This document shows positions 26,323 through 35,761 of a stretch of DNA of 63,461 nt, piece after piece. Within the stretch, counting starts at the first letter, position 1. Each line of letters opens with the position of its first letter. The stretch is taken from assembly GCA_019313245.1 (NCBI GenBank), contig JAFDBP010000056.1, forward strand, positions 1 through 63,461, given 5' to 3'. A program made the position numbers and the translations under genes. The notes beneath the pieces are model-generated. The model ran no database searches. It was not told the DNA's origin and worked only from the letters and a program-made list of their open reading frames with translations. The stretch comes from Deltaproteobacteria bacterium. Its GTDB lineage: Bacteria > Myxococcota_A > UBA9160 > SMWR01.

Positions 26323-27929
26323 TGTTCGGCCCCCTTCTTACCCCGAATGAGCGACTCGGGATGCTCCTCGAGTTGCACTGCGAGCCGCCGGATGGCCTGG
26401 GCGGCCTCCGCCAGCTCGAACAACAACCGCTTGAGTTCGACGCTCGCATCTGAATCTGGCGCAATCAGCGAATCTGCCGACGCGAGCGTGCGCTGGGCTT
26501 CGTCGAGCGTGGCGATGAGCGAAGGCATCATCTCCTCGTTCAATGACCCACTCAACGCCCTCAGCTCCCTCAGCGTCTGATTCAGATTCGCACCGATCTG
26601 CTCCAGCGGCATGCTCGACAGGCGCTTCACGAACTGCGTCAGTCCCGCCTTGAGTTCTTCGATCGGGCTCGGGATCGTCGGGAGCTGGGGCACCGGGCCA
26701 CTCCAATCGATCGCCGCGGGCGGAGCATCGGGGAAGAAGTCGAGACTGACGAGCAGCTGACCCGTGATCAGATTTCCAGTCTGGAGTTGTGCGCGCATTC
26801 CGCGCTCTACCATCTTCTGCCAGCGCTCGATCGGCGTGCCCACTTCCCTCCCCGTGACCTGGATCAACTCGGGGTGGGTTTCGATCAACACGGGAACGCG
26901 CGGAGTTGCCGACTCCAGGTCGAAGACGAGCTTGACGTCGAGCACCTGGCCGATCTTGATCCCCCGAAACTGGACCGGCGCCCCCTTCGAGAGGCCGGCC
27001 ACCGACTGCTCGAATTCCAGCAGAAACCGATTGCCCTGGCCCAGAACCGGTTCTGTGGTGGCGCGCCGATTCTTGTAGAGGTTGAAGACCGTCCCCTCTG
27101 CGACAGGCCCATCCGTTTCGAGGTGGCTCGGCGTGTCGAACGCGATACCACCGATCAGAAGTGACGTGAGCGATACCGTGTCGACCTCGACACCTTCCGC
27201 ACTCAGAGATACGTCGATCCCACTCACGTTCCAGAATTGGGTATTGGGTCCGACGCGCTTGTCATTAGGCGCTTGGATGAAGACCGTCACGGTGACGAAC
27301 TTACCGCTCTCATCCAATTCGTAATTCGCCACCTGCCCGACCTTGATCGTGTGGAAATACACGGGCGCGCCGACCTCGATCGAGATGATGTCGGTCGAGC
27401 GCAGCGTAAACAGGGTCCCGGCCTCGTCGGAGGTAACCACGGGCGGAGCGTTCAGACCTTCGAAGGCCCGCCGGCTTTCACCGTCGAAGGCTGGGTCGAT
27501 TCCGATGTAGGCGCCCGAAAAGAGCGTACTGAGCCCGGACACGCGCCCCGCACTCACCTGGGCGCGCACCACCCAGAAGCGGGTGCTCTCGCGGAGGTAA
27601 CGTCTGGCCGGCTTCACCAACCGCGCAGTGACGATGACGTGGGACAGATCCTCCGAGAGTTCGATCGACTCGACGGCACCGACCTCCACGTCCTTGTATT
27701 TCACCTTGGTCTTGCCGGCTTCGAGCCCCTCGGCGCTCTCGAAGCTGATCGTCACCGCGGGGCCGCGCTGAGAAAACGTGTGGTAGGTCAGCCAGGCGCC
27801 GACCAGCGCCGCGACGATCGGGATGACCCAGACCAGCGAGATCCGGCTGCGCTGCTCGACAACGGCGTCGCGGACGCCGCCAGACGAAGCCGCGTTCGCG
27901 CCGTCCGAGTCTTCTTTACCTTCAGCCAT
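26319..27929 (-). CDS. pqiB: PqiB-like multi-MCE (MlaD) domain protein
   Basis: 536 aa. N-terminal TM (SLVWVIPIVAALVGAWL), repeated MCE-type segments (GLEAGKTKVKYKDVEVGAVESIEL; GAPVYFHTIKVGQVANYEL; GAPVQFRGIKIGQVLDVKL) and a C-terminal helical region. Confidence 0.9.
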   Translation of the reverse strand: MAEGKEDSDGANAASSGGVRDAVVEQRSRISLVWVIPIVAALVGAWLTYHTFSQRGPAVTISFESAEGLEAGKTKVKYKDVEVGAVESIELSEDLSHVIVTARLVKPARRYLRESTRFWVVRAQVSAGRVSGLSTLFSGAYIGIDPAFDGESRRAFEGLNAPPVVTSDEAGTLFTLRSTDIISIEVGAPVYFHTIKVGQVANYELDESGKFVTVTVFIQAPNDKRVGPNTQFWNVSGIDVSLSAEGVEVDTVSLTSLLIGGIAFDTPSHLETDGPVAEGTVFNLYKNRRATTEPVLGQGNRFLLEFEQSVAGLSKGAPVQFRGIKIGQVLDVKLVFDLESATPRVPVLIETHPELIQVTGREVGTPIERWQKMVERGMRAQLQTGNLITGQLLVSLDFFPDAPPAAIDWSGPVPQLPTIPSPIEELKAGLTQFVKRLSSMPLEQIGANLNQTLRELRALSGSLNEEMMPSLIATLDEAQRTLASADSLIAPDSDASVELKRLLFELAEAAQAIRRLAVQLEEHPESLIRGKKGAEQ

Positions 27930-28590
27930 TGGACTCCCTCACGCGATCCCAGATCAATCTCGGATCGAAACTCTCCGCCGCGAGCATCGTCACGACGACC
28001 ACGCCCGCGAAGTATACGGCACCGATGCCGGCTTCGATCGTGGCTAGATTTCCGAGGCTGACCAGAGCCACCAGGATCGTGACTACGTAGATATCGGTCA
28101 TCGACCAGCGCCCCACGGCCTCGACGACGTGATAGAGCTTGGTCCGCTCCACGGGCCGCCAATTCGATCCTCTTTGAACGGAAATCAGCAGAAAACTCAA
28201 CGCGATCAGCTTCAGCAGCGGAACCACGACGCTCGCGAAAAACACGATCAATGCGAGCGGCCACATCCCGTGAACGAGCAGGTAGACGGCGCCGCTGATG
28301 ATCGTGTCTTCCTGCGCCTTGCCCATCGAGATCACCCGCATCACCGGAAAGATGTTGGCCGGCACGTAGAGCATCGCCGCCGTGATCACGAGCGCCCAGG
28401 TTCGGTTGATGCTGTCGGGTTTGCGCTGGTGAACGGCAGCTCGGCAGCGCGGGCAGAGCGCCTGCGCGTGATGTCCAGCGCCTTCGAGCGCAACGACGAA
28501 GCCGCAGTCGTGACAACTCGCTAGATTTTCAACTCCAGAGTGCGCGGAAATCGGAATCATCGGGCGAGTCCCACCCGGCGCCAGACCCAC
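27922..28590 (-). CDS. pqiA: PqiA-family membrane protein (second half-size gene)
   Basis: Zn-ribbon-like CHDCGF...CPRCRAAV followed by TM segments and GRWSMTDIYVVTILVALV (PqiA signature). Confidence 0.85.
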   Translation of the reverse strand: MGLAPGGTRPMIPISAHSGVENLASCHDCGFVVALEGAGHHAQALCPRCRAAVHQRKPDSINRTWALVITAAMLYVPANIFPVMRVISMGKAQEDTIISGAVYLLVHGMWPLALIVFFASVVVPLLKLIALSFLLISVQRGSNWRPVERTKLYHVVEAVGRWSMTDIYVVTILVALVSLGNLATIEAGIGAVYFAGVVVVTMLAAESFDPRLIWDRVRESNG

Positions 28591-29210
28591 TCGGCGTCGA
28601 GCGATGATGTCGCAAACGCGAGCACGGGGATCAGCAGCGCGAAGGACCAGAGCGCAATCCCGGGCACGATCTGCGCCATGCCCACCAGCTTCACCAGCGA
28701 AACCAGGATCCCGATGATGAAGACCTCCATCATGCTCCAGGGCTGCACCGCACGCAGCAGCCGAAACACGCGCGTCTGCCCGGGTACCCGGATCCCCGCA
28801 CGCAGAGGTGCCAGCACGTAGATCAGCGAACAGATCTGCAACAGCGGCGCGACGATCGTCGTCAGCAGGACCAACGATGCCACGATCGGCGTACCCTGCT
28901 CGAAGAGAGCGCGCACGCCCGTCGAGAGCGTGGTGTGGGTGACGTTCCCCTGCATCTTGAAGGCGAGAAATGGAAACACGTTGGCCGCGATGAACAAGAA
29001 CATGCCCGCCACGGCGAGCGCGAGCGTTCGATCGAGGCTGTCCCGAATTCTGCGATAGAGCACGGTTCCACAGCGCGGACAGCGAGCGCTACCGCCCTCG
29101 GGCACATCTCCGACCCGACTCGGGAGATCACACGCGTGGCAGAGGGTGAGCCAGCCGGCCGGAATCGGCTGATCCACGCCGCTCACGGCCCTGAAATCGA
29201 GATCGGGCAT
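28557..29210 (-). CDS. pqiA: PqiA-family membrane protein (first half-size gene)
   Basis: ATG at 29210 (MPDLDFRAV). CHACDL...CPRCGTVL followed by TM segments and VQPWSMMEVFIIGILVSLVKL. Overlaps the next pqiA gene by 34 nt in another frame. Confidence 0.85.
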   Translation of the reverse strand: MPDLDFRAVSGVDQPIPAGWLTLCHACDLPSRVGDVPEGGSARCPRCGTVLYRRIRDSLDRTLALAVAGMFLFIAANVFPFLAFKMQGNVTHTTLSTGVRALFEQGTPIVASLVLLTTIVAPLLQICSLIYVLAPLRAGIRVPGQTRVFRLLRAVQPWSMMEVFIIGILVSLVKLVGMAQIVPGIALWSFALLIPVLAFATSSLDAEWVWRRVGLAR

Positions 29211-29441
29211 GCGTGCCTCTCGTCGCTGCACGGCGGCGGGCGGCTTCGCGCGCCCGCTTCGGAGTCGCCGCATCCAGCCGAAGCGTAGCTTTCGAACGCG
29301 ACTTCGTCCGGCGCACCCCCGACTGTCGCGCGGAGCCTGAGCGATGAAACAGGATAGCCACCAGTCGGGATTTCGGGCCTGCGAAGCTGAGAACGCGTAT
29401 CCCGCCCGCGCGCTTGGACCCCGCATCGGCGAGTTCGGCTG

Positions 29442-30200
29442 CTAGCGGTTCGCCGATTCGGACCCTGAAGCGTTGAGCCACTTCCGGTAGAAGCGCGGCG
29501 TGGAAAATGCGAGCGCCAGCGCCATCACCGAGACGACTTCGACCACACCGAGTGAGAGATCGAGCCAGCCCGACCACACACCGTGGAGTTCGTAGACGAT
29601 GTACATCGGGATGTAGATGACGTAGGTAAGCGAAGCGAGGCTCGCGTAGAAGCCGATCAGGAAATACCGATTGCAGATGACCGGGTCGATCAAACCGAGC
29701 GGAATCCGACGTCGAGAAATCAAATACTCCCGGATGGACTCGGACGCCAACCACAGGAACGGCGCCGTGCTGCCCACCCACTCGAACCAGAAGCCCCTGG
29801 AAGACAACGGCGAGTAGCCCTCCCAGTCACCCTCCAGCGCTGAAATCGTTAGCCCGCTCGCGATCAGTCCGAAAATGAGCCCTACCGCGGCGCCGCCCCA
29901 ACGCGACTGGCGGCGAAAGACCCTCCACGCAAACAGCGCGATCGAAACGGAGCAGGCCGCCGAGCAGACCCGCGAAGCGAAGGTGAGCGGCTCGATCAGC
30001 TGCTCGGTATCCGCGACGAAACCAATTTCGGACAGCCCGAAGGAGATTCCGTTACAGAGCAGCGCCCAGCCGAGAAAGAAGCTCGGACCGCCATTTTCGC
30101 GCGCTGCGGTCTGAAGTAGGTAGATTCCTACAGCGACATAGGAAATCCCGGCCAGGAATACGATCAGCGCACCCGCTTCCTGTACCAGTTCTTCGATCAT
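29442..30200 (-). CDS. 7-TM membrane protein of unknown function (paralog of 4464..5204)
   Basis: ATG at 30200 (MIEELVQEAG). Seven hydrophobic segments. Shared blocks VFRRQSRW, FWFEWVGSTAPFLW, DPVICNRYFLI and FSTPRFYRKWLN align with the other copy. Confidence 0.7.
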   Translation of the reverse strand: MIEELVQEAGALIVFLAGISYVAVGIYLLQTAARENGGPSFFLGWALLCNGISFGLSEIGFVADTEQLIEPLTFASRVCSAACSVSIALFAWRVFRRQSRWGGAAVGLIFGLIASGLTISALEGDWEGYSPLSSRGFWFEWVGSTAPFLWLASESIREYLISRRRIPLGLIDPVICNRYFLIGFYASLASLTYVIYIPMYIVYELHGVWSGWLDLSLGVVEVVSVMALALAFSTPRFYRKWLNASGSESANR

Positions 30201-30357
30201 CGAAATGCCCCTGGTACCCGACTCCCCGCGCGGAAAACCGGTGTTCCGCCAATACACATCGTCTGCTCGAATCGCGGACTTGACCCCGTGAGTAATCGCT
30301 ATGCGGCTGACGAGAGCGGCGAACTCGGGGTTCTCGGGCGCTCTCGGAGCCGCGGTG

Positions 30358-31233
30358 TCAGTTTCGCTCGAACACTTCGGTCGCGGGAGCCAGCCGCTCG
30401 ACGAGTCGGTCTCCCGCCGATTGCAGCAGCCGAAAACAGTGGTGCAGTGCGATCCCGGCGGCCGTCGCGACGTTGAGGGAATCCACGCCGTGCGCCATCG
30501 GGATCTTCAGCCGCCAATCGACGGCCGCGAGGGTCGCCTCGTCGAGACCCTCGGATTCCGCACCGAGGACGAGGGCGATCCGCCGCTCGACCGCGGCCTG
30601 CCCTCCGAAGGCGGCGAGATCGATTGCGCCGGCCCCAGTCGACAGCGCCGCGGTCGCGAAGCCCGCTGCCCGAAGCCGATCGATCGCAGCGGGCCAGCCG
30701 TTGAGCCGGGCAAACGGCGTCAGCAGCGTCCCCCCCATCGAAACGCGCACGGCCTTTCGATAGAGGGGGTCCGCGCAGCCCCGCGAGAGCAAGACGGCGT
30801 CGGCGCCAAATCCCATCGCGTTGCGAAACACGTTGCCGACATTTTCGGGATTCGCGACCTGTTCCAACCCGACCAACAAACGGGGTTGCGACTCCAGAAT
30901 CTCCTCCAATGAACGCTCGGCGCCGCGCCGCGCGAGCGCGATACAACCGCGGTGGAGGTTGTATCCGACCAGTTTTTCGAGCAGAGCTGAACTTGCAACG
31001 TAGATTGGTGTCGTTTCTCCGAGCTGTTGAAATACATCTCGGAGCGCCCCGAGCGCCGTCTCGGTCACCAGAACGGAGCAGACCGGATATTCCGAAGCCG
31101 AGATCAGACGCTGCACGCAGAGGCGGCTCTCGACCACGAACAGACCGCGGGCGTCGCGCAGCGCCGAGTCCTTGACGTTGCGATAGATCGAAATCCGCGG
31201 ATCGTCGAGTTGCTCGATCAGTTCCAGTCGCAT
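30358..31233 (-). CDS. TrmH/SpoU-family RNA 2'-O-methyltransferase
   Basis: SpoU motifs NPENVGNVFRNAMGFGADAV, IALVLGAESEGL and IPMAHGVDSLNVATAAGIALH. Confidence 0.9.
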   Translation of the reverse strand: MRLELIEQLDDPRISIYRNVKDSALRDARGLFVVESRLCVQRLISASEYPVCSVLVTETALGALRDVFQQLGETTPIYVASSALLEKLVGYNLHRGCIALARRGAERSLEEILESQPRLLVGLEQVANPENVGNVFRNAMGFGADAVLLSRGCADPLYRKAVRVSMGGTLLTPFARLNGWPAAIDRLRAAGFATAALSTGAGAIDLAAFGGQAAVERRIALVLGAESEGLDEATLAAVDWRLKIPMAHGVDSLNVATAAGIALHHCFRLLQSAGDRLVERLAPATEVFERN

Positions 31234-31242
31234 CGTCGACCC

Positions 31243-32295
31243 CTACGCGAAGCGGTCGGCGAGGGCCCGATGGTCGGCGTAGGGAGGCTCGAGCGCCCCC
31301 CCGTCGGAGTTCTCGAGCGGTGCGCACGGGCCCGCGAAGCCGCGCTTGAGTTCGATCATGCGCCGCAGCGGGTGCTCGAGCCTCGCATCGGGCGCGCGCT
31401 CCAGCCCGCGAAGCACCTCTTCGCGGAGCGCGGGGTCCCGGCAGACCAGCAGCGAATCCACCCCGGCCTCCAGACAACCGGCGACCAGCGCTTTCGGGCC
31501 GTGGTGATCGGCGACCGCCTTCATTTCGAGATCGTCTGAAAAGACCACGCCGTCGTAGGCGAGCTCTTCCCGCAGGATCGCCATCACGTCGGGCGACAGG
31601 GTGGCGGGACGCTTCGCGTCGAGGCTCGGGAACAGCACGTGGGCCGTCATGATGCTCGCGACGCCGGCCTCGATCGCAGAGCAGAACGGCGGCAGCTCCA
31701 CCGCGTGCAGGCGCGCGAGGTCGTGCTCGAGGCGCGGCAACTCGAGGTGGCTGTCGCAGGCGGTATCGCCGTGGCCCGGGAAGTGCTTCGCGCAAGCGGC
31801 GACGCCGGCGCCCTGCATGGCGCGAATGAATGCGGCCGCGTGGGCGGCCACGCGCGCGGGCTCGCGGCCGAAGCTGCGGTCCCCGATGATCGGATTCGCG
31901 GGGTTGGTGTCGACGTCGACGCACGGAGCAAAATCGAGGCCAATCCCGAGGTGCGACAACTCGACCGCGAGCGCTCGCGCGACCGCCGCCGTCATTTCAA
32001 GATCGTTGGCCTCACCCAGCCTTTGCATCGGCGGCCACTGCGTCCACGGGCCTCTCAGTCGCTGAATCCGCCCGCCCTCTTGATCGATCGCGATCAGCAG
32101 CGGCGCAGCCGCGGGCGCGCAGGCGTGAAGTGCCGCGTTCAGGCTTTTGAGCTGGTCGGGATCGCCGACATTGCGCGCGAACAGAACCACCCCGCCGACG
32201 CGCCCCGCGGCGATCAGGCGCGCGAGGTCGTCGGGCAGCTCGAGCCCCTCGAAACCCGCGAACAGCAGTTGTCCGGGTTGCCACTCAAACGACAT
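31243..32295 (-). CDS. nagZ: beta-N-acetylhexosaminidase (GH3, NagZ)
   Basis: GGVVLFARN, IDQEGGRIQRL, KHFPGHGDT and GVVFSDDLEM are classical NagZ blocks. Confidence 0.92.
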   Translation of the reverse strand: MSFEWQPGQLLFAGFEGLELPDDLARLIAAGRVGGVVLFARNVGDPDQLKSLNAALHACAPAAAPLLIAIDQEGGRIQRLRGPWTQWPPMQRLGEANDLEMTAAVARALAVELSHLGIGLDFAPCVDVDTNPANPIIGDRSFGREPARVAAHAAAFIRAMQGAGVAACAKHFPGHGDTACDSHLELPRLEHDLARLHAVELPPFCSAIEAGVASIMTAHVLFPSLDAKRPATLSPDVMAILREELAYDGVVFSDDLEMKAVADHHGPKALVAGCLEAGVDSLLVCRDPALREEVLRGLERAPDARLEHPLRRMIELKRGFAGPCAPLENSDGGALEPPYADHRALADRFA

Positions 32296-32343
32296 GTCGC
32301 CCCAATTTGCGATGCCCGCGCCCGCTCACGAACCGACGCGCAC

Positions 32344-33657
32344 CTACTCGGCCACGACCATTCCGAGCCGCTCGAGTTCCGCGAAATAATCCGGAAAGGT
32401 CTTCGCCACGCAGCCCGGATTTCGAATGGCGACATCGCCCACCGTCGCAAAGGCCATCGCCATGCGGTGATCGTCATAGGTGTCGATCGAAACGCCGGTT
32501 TTCAACCCCCCGCGCGGCGGATCGATCAGCAACCCGTCGGCGCGCTCTTCGACCGTCGCGCCGAGCTTGCGAAGTTCGCAGGTCGCCGCCGCGAGCCGGT
32601 CGGTTTCGTGGTGCCTCAACACCTCGACACCGCTGATCGACGTACTTCCCTCGGCGAAGAGCGCCGCCACGGCCAGCGTGAGCGTCATGTCCGGCATCTC
32701 TCCCATGTCGATCTCCACCCCGCGCAGCCGGCCGCGGCTGCGAACCCGCGTGGTCGTCTCGGTCTGCTCGACATCCGCGCCCATCTTTGCGAGTACGCGG
32801 TAGAAACCGGCATCCCCCTGGAGGCTATGGGATCCGAGGTCTCGGATCGTCACCTCTCCGCCGTGAATCGCGGCCAGCGCGAGGAAGTAGCTCGCCGACG
32901 AGGCGTCCGGCTCGACCACATAGTCCCGCGCCACCAGCGCGCGCGGCTCGACGGAGATCACTTCGCCGCACTCCCAGCCCACGCGACCGCCAAAGTGCTC
33001 CAGCACGCGAATCGTCATGTCCACATAGGGCTGTGCGGGAGTGCCCTCGCGAAGGACCACGCGCGTCGGCTTTTCGGAAAGGCTCGCGGCCAGCAGCATC
33101 GCGGAGACGATCTGTGAAGAAGCGGGGCGCGAAAATGCCAAGTCGCCACCGCGAAGCGACGAGTGCGGGCCGATCGCGATGGGCAGATACCCCTCCTCGC
33201 CGAGACAGCGGATGTCCGCACCCTGCTCGCGCAGTGCATCGAGCAGTTGTCCCATCGGGCGCGCCCGCATCTGAGGGGAAGCGTCGAGTTCGACCGCAGC
33301 CGTCGCCCGGCCCGGCTTCGCGGCGAGCACCGCGGTGAGAAAGCGCGCGACCGTTCCGGCGGACCCCGCGAACAGCGGCCCGTCGCCGCTCGGTGGCGCA
33401 AACGCCCCCCCGCAGCCGTCGACGTCGAGTGTCGTCGGATCCGCCTCTCGAATCGAGACTCCGAGGCGCTCCATGCACGTGCGCATGCGCCGCGTGTCGT
33501 CGGCGATCAGCAGGCCGGAAAGCTGCGTGCGGCCCCGCGCGAGCGCGGCGAGCAGCAGGGCTCGATTCGTGAGACTCTTGGAGCCGGGAGGCCGCACCAC
33601 CGCATCGAGCGCGGGGGGCGCCTTCAACTGCACCGACGGGGCGTCGCTCTCAGTCAT
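32344..33657 (-). CDS. aroA: 3-phosphoshikimate 1-carboxyvinyltransferase (EPSP synthase)
   Basis: PPGSKSLTNRALLLAALA, LFAGSAGTVARFL, and C-terminal TYDDHRMAMAFA...CVAKTFPDYF. Confidence 0.95.
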   Translation of the reverse strand: MTESDAPSVQLKAPPALDAVVRPPGSKSLTNRALLLAALARGRTQLSGLLIADDTRRMRTCMERLGVSIREADPTTLDVDGCGGAFAPPSGDGPLFAGSAGTVARFLTAVLAAKPGRATAAVELDASPQMRARPMGQLLDALREQGADIRCLGEEGYLPIAIGPHSSLRGGDLAFSRPASSQIVSAMLLAASLSEKPTRVVLREGTPAQPYVDMTIRVLEHFGGRVGWECGEVISVEPRALVARDYVVEPDASSASYFLALAAIHGGEVTIRDLGSHSLQGDAGFYRVLAKMGADVEQTETTTRVRSRGRLRGVEIDMGEMPDMTLTLAVAALFAEGSTSISGVEVLRHHETDRLAAATCELRKLGATVEERADGLLIDPPRGGLKTGVSIDTYDDHRMAMAFATVGDVAIRNPGCVAKTFPDYFAELERLGMVVAE

Positions 33658-33678
33658 GCCAACGACCTCTGCGTGCCG

Positions 33679-34227
33679 CTAGGCGGCTGCGGGCCGATAG
33701 CGCAGCAGCACGCGGCTTCCATCTGCGAGGCCCTCTTTGAACAGCGGACCATAGGTGCTCCAGCCCTCGTCGGCGTATTTGACCGCCATCGCCTTCAATG
33801 TGCGCGCCACCGCGTCGGCGTCGGTCGAGATGTGCGCGACCTGGGCGAGAAAGGTGGGCCCCTCGCGGAACGCGCCCTTCGAGCGCTTCCAGACGCCGAA
33901 ATCACCCACCCAGATTCGCGCGCGATCGAGCCCCCGCTTCACCGCCTGCGAGCGCCAGAGTTCCCGCTTGGTCACGACCAGCAGGTCCTCGCCGTCCGCG
34001 TAGAACCAGACCTCCCCGTGGCAGGCGCTCTCGCCGCCGTCGCTCTTGATCGGCGTGATGTAGATCAGTTGGCTCTTGGCGATTGCCGCCTGCGCGTCAT
34101 TCGAGAGCTGAAACTTCGCGTCACTCGGCCACGCGACGCTCGCGGGCAGCAGGGCCACACCCGATAGCGCTGCGGCGCCGCACAGGAACTCTCGGCGCGA
34201 AATTGCTGATTGGTTGAACTCGACCAC
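33679..34227 (-). CDS. Tat-signal exported protein of unknown function
   Basis: Twin-arginine motif SRREFL followed by a hydrophobic region and ASVAWP. The mature part has no motif I recognise. Confidence 0.6.
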   Translation of the reverse strand: MVEFNQSAISRREFLCGAAALSGVALLPASVAWPSDAKFQLSNDAQAAIAKSQLIYITPIKSDGGESACHGEVWFYADGEDLLVVTKRELWRSQAVKRGLDRARIWVGDFGVWKRSKGAFREGPTFLAQVAHISTDADAVARTLKAMAVKYADEGWSTYGPLFKEGLADGSRVLLRYRPAAA

Positions 34228-34334
34228 CGCGCGCCCTCCGAAAAATCGACTGGACGCGAGTCTAGCCGGATTCGGCGATCTTCCGAAATCCGATCAGGGG
34301 CGGCCGAGGCCGCGCGTCGACCGGAGCAGGGGGC

Positions 34335-35378
34335 TCAGGAAGAGCCGGGTGAGCAGGTGCGGTTGCGGCCCAGGGACTTGGCGCGATAGAGCTCCGCGTC
34401 TGCGGCGTCCACCAGCTGGCTGGTCGCGCTGATGTTCATCCCGAATGCAGCCACCCCGACACTGACGGTGAGGGGGTCCTCACCGTCAAGCGAAACCCCC
34501 TCGACGGCGGTCCGCAATTTGTCGCCGAAGGCGTGCGCGCCCTCGATTTCGGTCTCCGGCAGGATGATCGCGAACTCCTCGCCCCCATAGCGCGCCACGA
34601 CGTCGTGGGTGCGCGAACGGTCGCCGATGATCCTCGCCACCGCGACCAGGGCCTGATCGCCCGCGCGGTGACCGTTGCGATCGTTGTACTGCTTGAAGTG
34701 ATCGATGTCGATCATCGCGAGCGCAAGACCGCGCTCGTAGCGCCTGGCGCGCTCGATCTCGCGCTCGAGCGTCTTGTAGAAGTGGCCGTGATTGGCGAGC
34801 CCGGTGAGCCCGTCGATCTGCGACAGGCGCAACGTATCTTCGTATTTTCGGGCATTCCCGAGCGCCACCGAAGCGTGCGCGGCGATCGCTTCGAGCAGGC
34901 GGAGGTCGTGCGGTTGGAAGGGCTCCCGGTTGCTCTTGTTGTTGATGTTGATCACGCCGAGCAGCACGCCGTTGCGAACCAGCGGAGCTGAAATCAGCGT
35001 CGCCGTGTAGTAGCGCTCGCGATTGCGGCGGCGAAACGTGGGGTGCGCCTCGACATCTTCGACGATCAGCGGCTGCCCGTGCAGCGCAACGTGACCCGAA
35101 ATGCCCTCGCCGATCTTCATCTCCGTGCGCTCGACGACGTCGGGAGGAAGCCCCTGGGACACCATCACGCGCAGCTGATCGTCGTCGCCGAGCAGCAGGA
35201 TCGATCCGATCTCGGCCTCGAGATGCTGAAGGGTGCGATCGAGAAGGCGCTGCAAAACGCGCTCGACAGAGAGCGTGGAGCTGAGGTCCCTGACGGTCTC
35301 GTACAGCACCTCGAGATCCGCGTTGCGCCGCTTCAGTTCTTCGATGGGGTTTTCGCTCGCTTCCGACCGCTTGCTCAT
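34335..35378 (-). CDS. GAF-GGDEF diguanylate cyclase
   Basis: ATG 35378 with GGGAG 8 nt upstream. GAF region (EIGSILLLGDDDQLRV...LISAPLVRNGVLLGVININN). GGDEF domain with DGLTGLANHGHF, an RxxD I-site (RTHD) five residues before the active-site GGEEF. Confidence 0.9.
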   Translation of the reverse strand: MSKRSEASENPIEELKRRNADLEVLYETVRDLSSTLSVERVLQRLLDRTLQHLEAEIGSILLLGDDDQLRVMVSQGLPPDVVERTEMKIGEGISGHVALHGQPLIVEDVEAHPTFRRRNRERYYTATLISAPLVRNGVLLGVININNKSNREPFQPHDLRLLEAIAAHASVALGNARKYEDTLRLSQIDGLTGLANHGHFYKTLEREIERARRYERGLALAMIDIDHFKQYNDRNGHRAGDQALVAVARIIGDRSRTHDVVARYGGEEFAIILPETEIEGAHAFGDKLRTAVEGVSLDGEDPLTVSVGVAAFGMNISATSQLVDAADAELYRAKSLGRNRTCSPGSS

Positions 35379-35761
35379 TCGAAAAACTCCCTCTGCCACG
35401 CCACTTGCCTATGGTTCTGCCTCCGAATCCATCGTCTCTACGGGGCCAAATGTTGAGATTTCCTGCCGGTGCATCGAGCGCGGCGTGGGAGCTGGCAGCA
35501 ATCGCGCACCCGTAGAGAATTCGGATCGGACTGGAACCGAAAATTCCGGCGAATCCAGACCTCGCGTGGGAGGCTCGATCCCGCCCGCCCGATTGCGGCC
35601 GCCGGCCGGACCCGGGATCGCATCCCTTCGCGCTTGACGACCGGAAACCAGCGCGATTCAATCTCAGGCCCGATCGTCCATACCGGCTGGAAACCGACTC
35701 CGGCCCAAACGCGCGACCATCAAGGCCGGCGACGAGCCCCGGCCGACACGGAGCAGCCATC

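Noticed and set aside
28557-28590. Frameshift or pseudogene interpretation of the two pqiA ORFs.
   Set aside because: Both halves have their own start codon, a zinc-ribbon-like N-terminus and complete TM bundles. Split pqiA genes are known. Kept as two CDS, with the caveat recorded in the findings.
35634-35662. Sigma-70-like TTGACG-N17-TTCAAT upstream of gabT. Also ATGACG-N16-TATATT (43411-43438, minus strand) upstream of mmsA.
   Set aside because: The spacing and positions are plausible. However, hexamer matches of this quality occur by chance, and the promoter rules for this organism are unknown. I noted them but did not list them as features.
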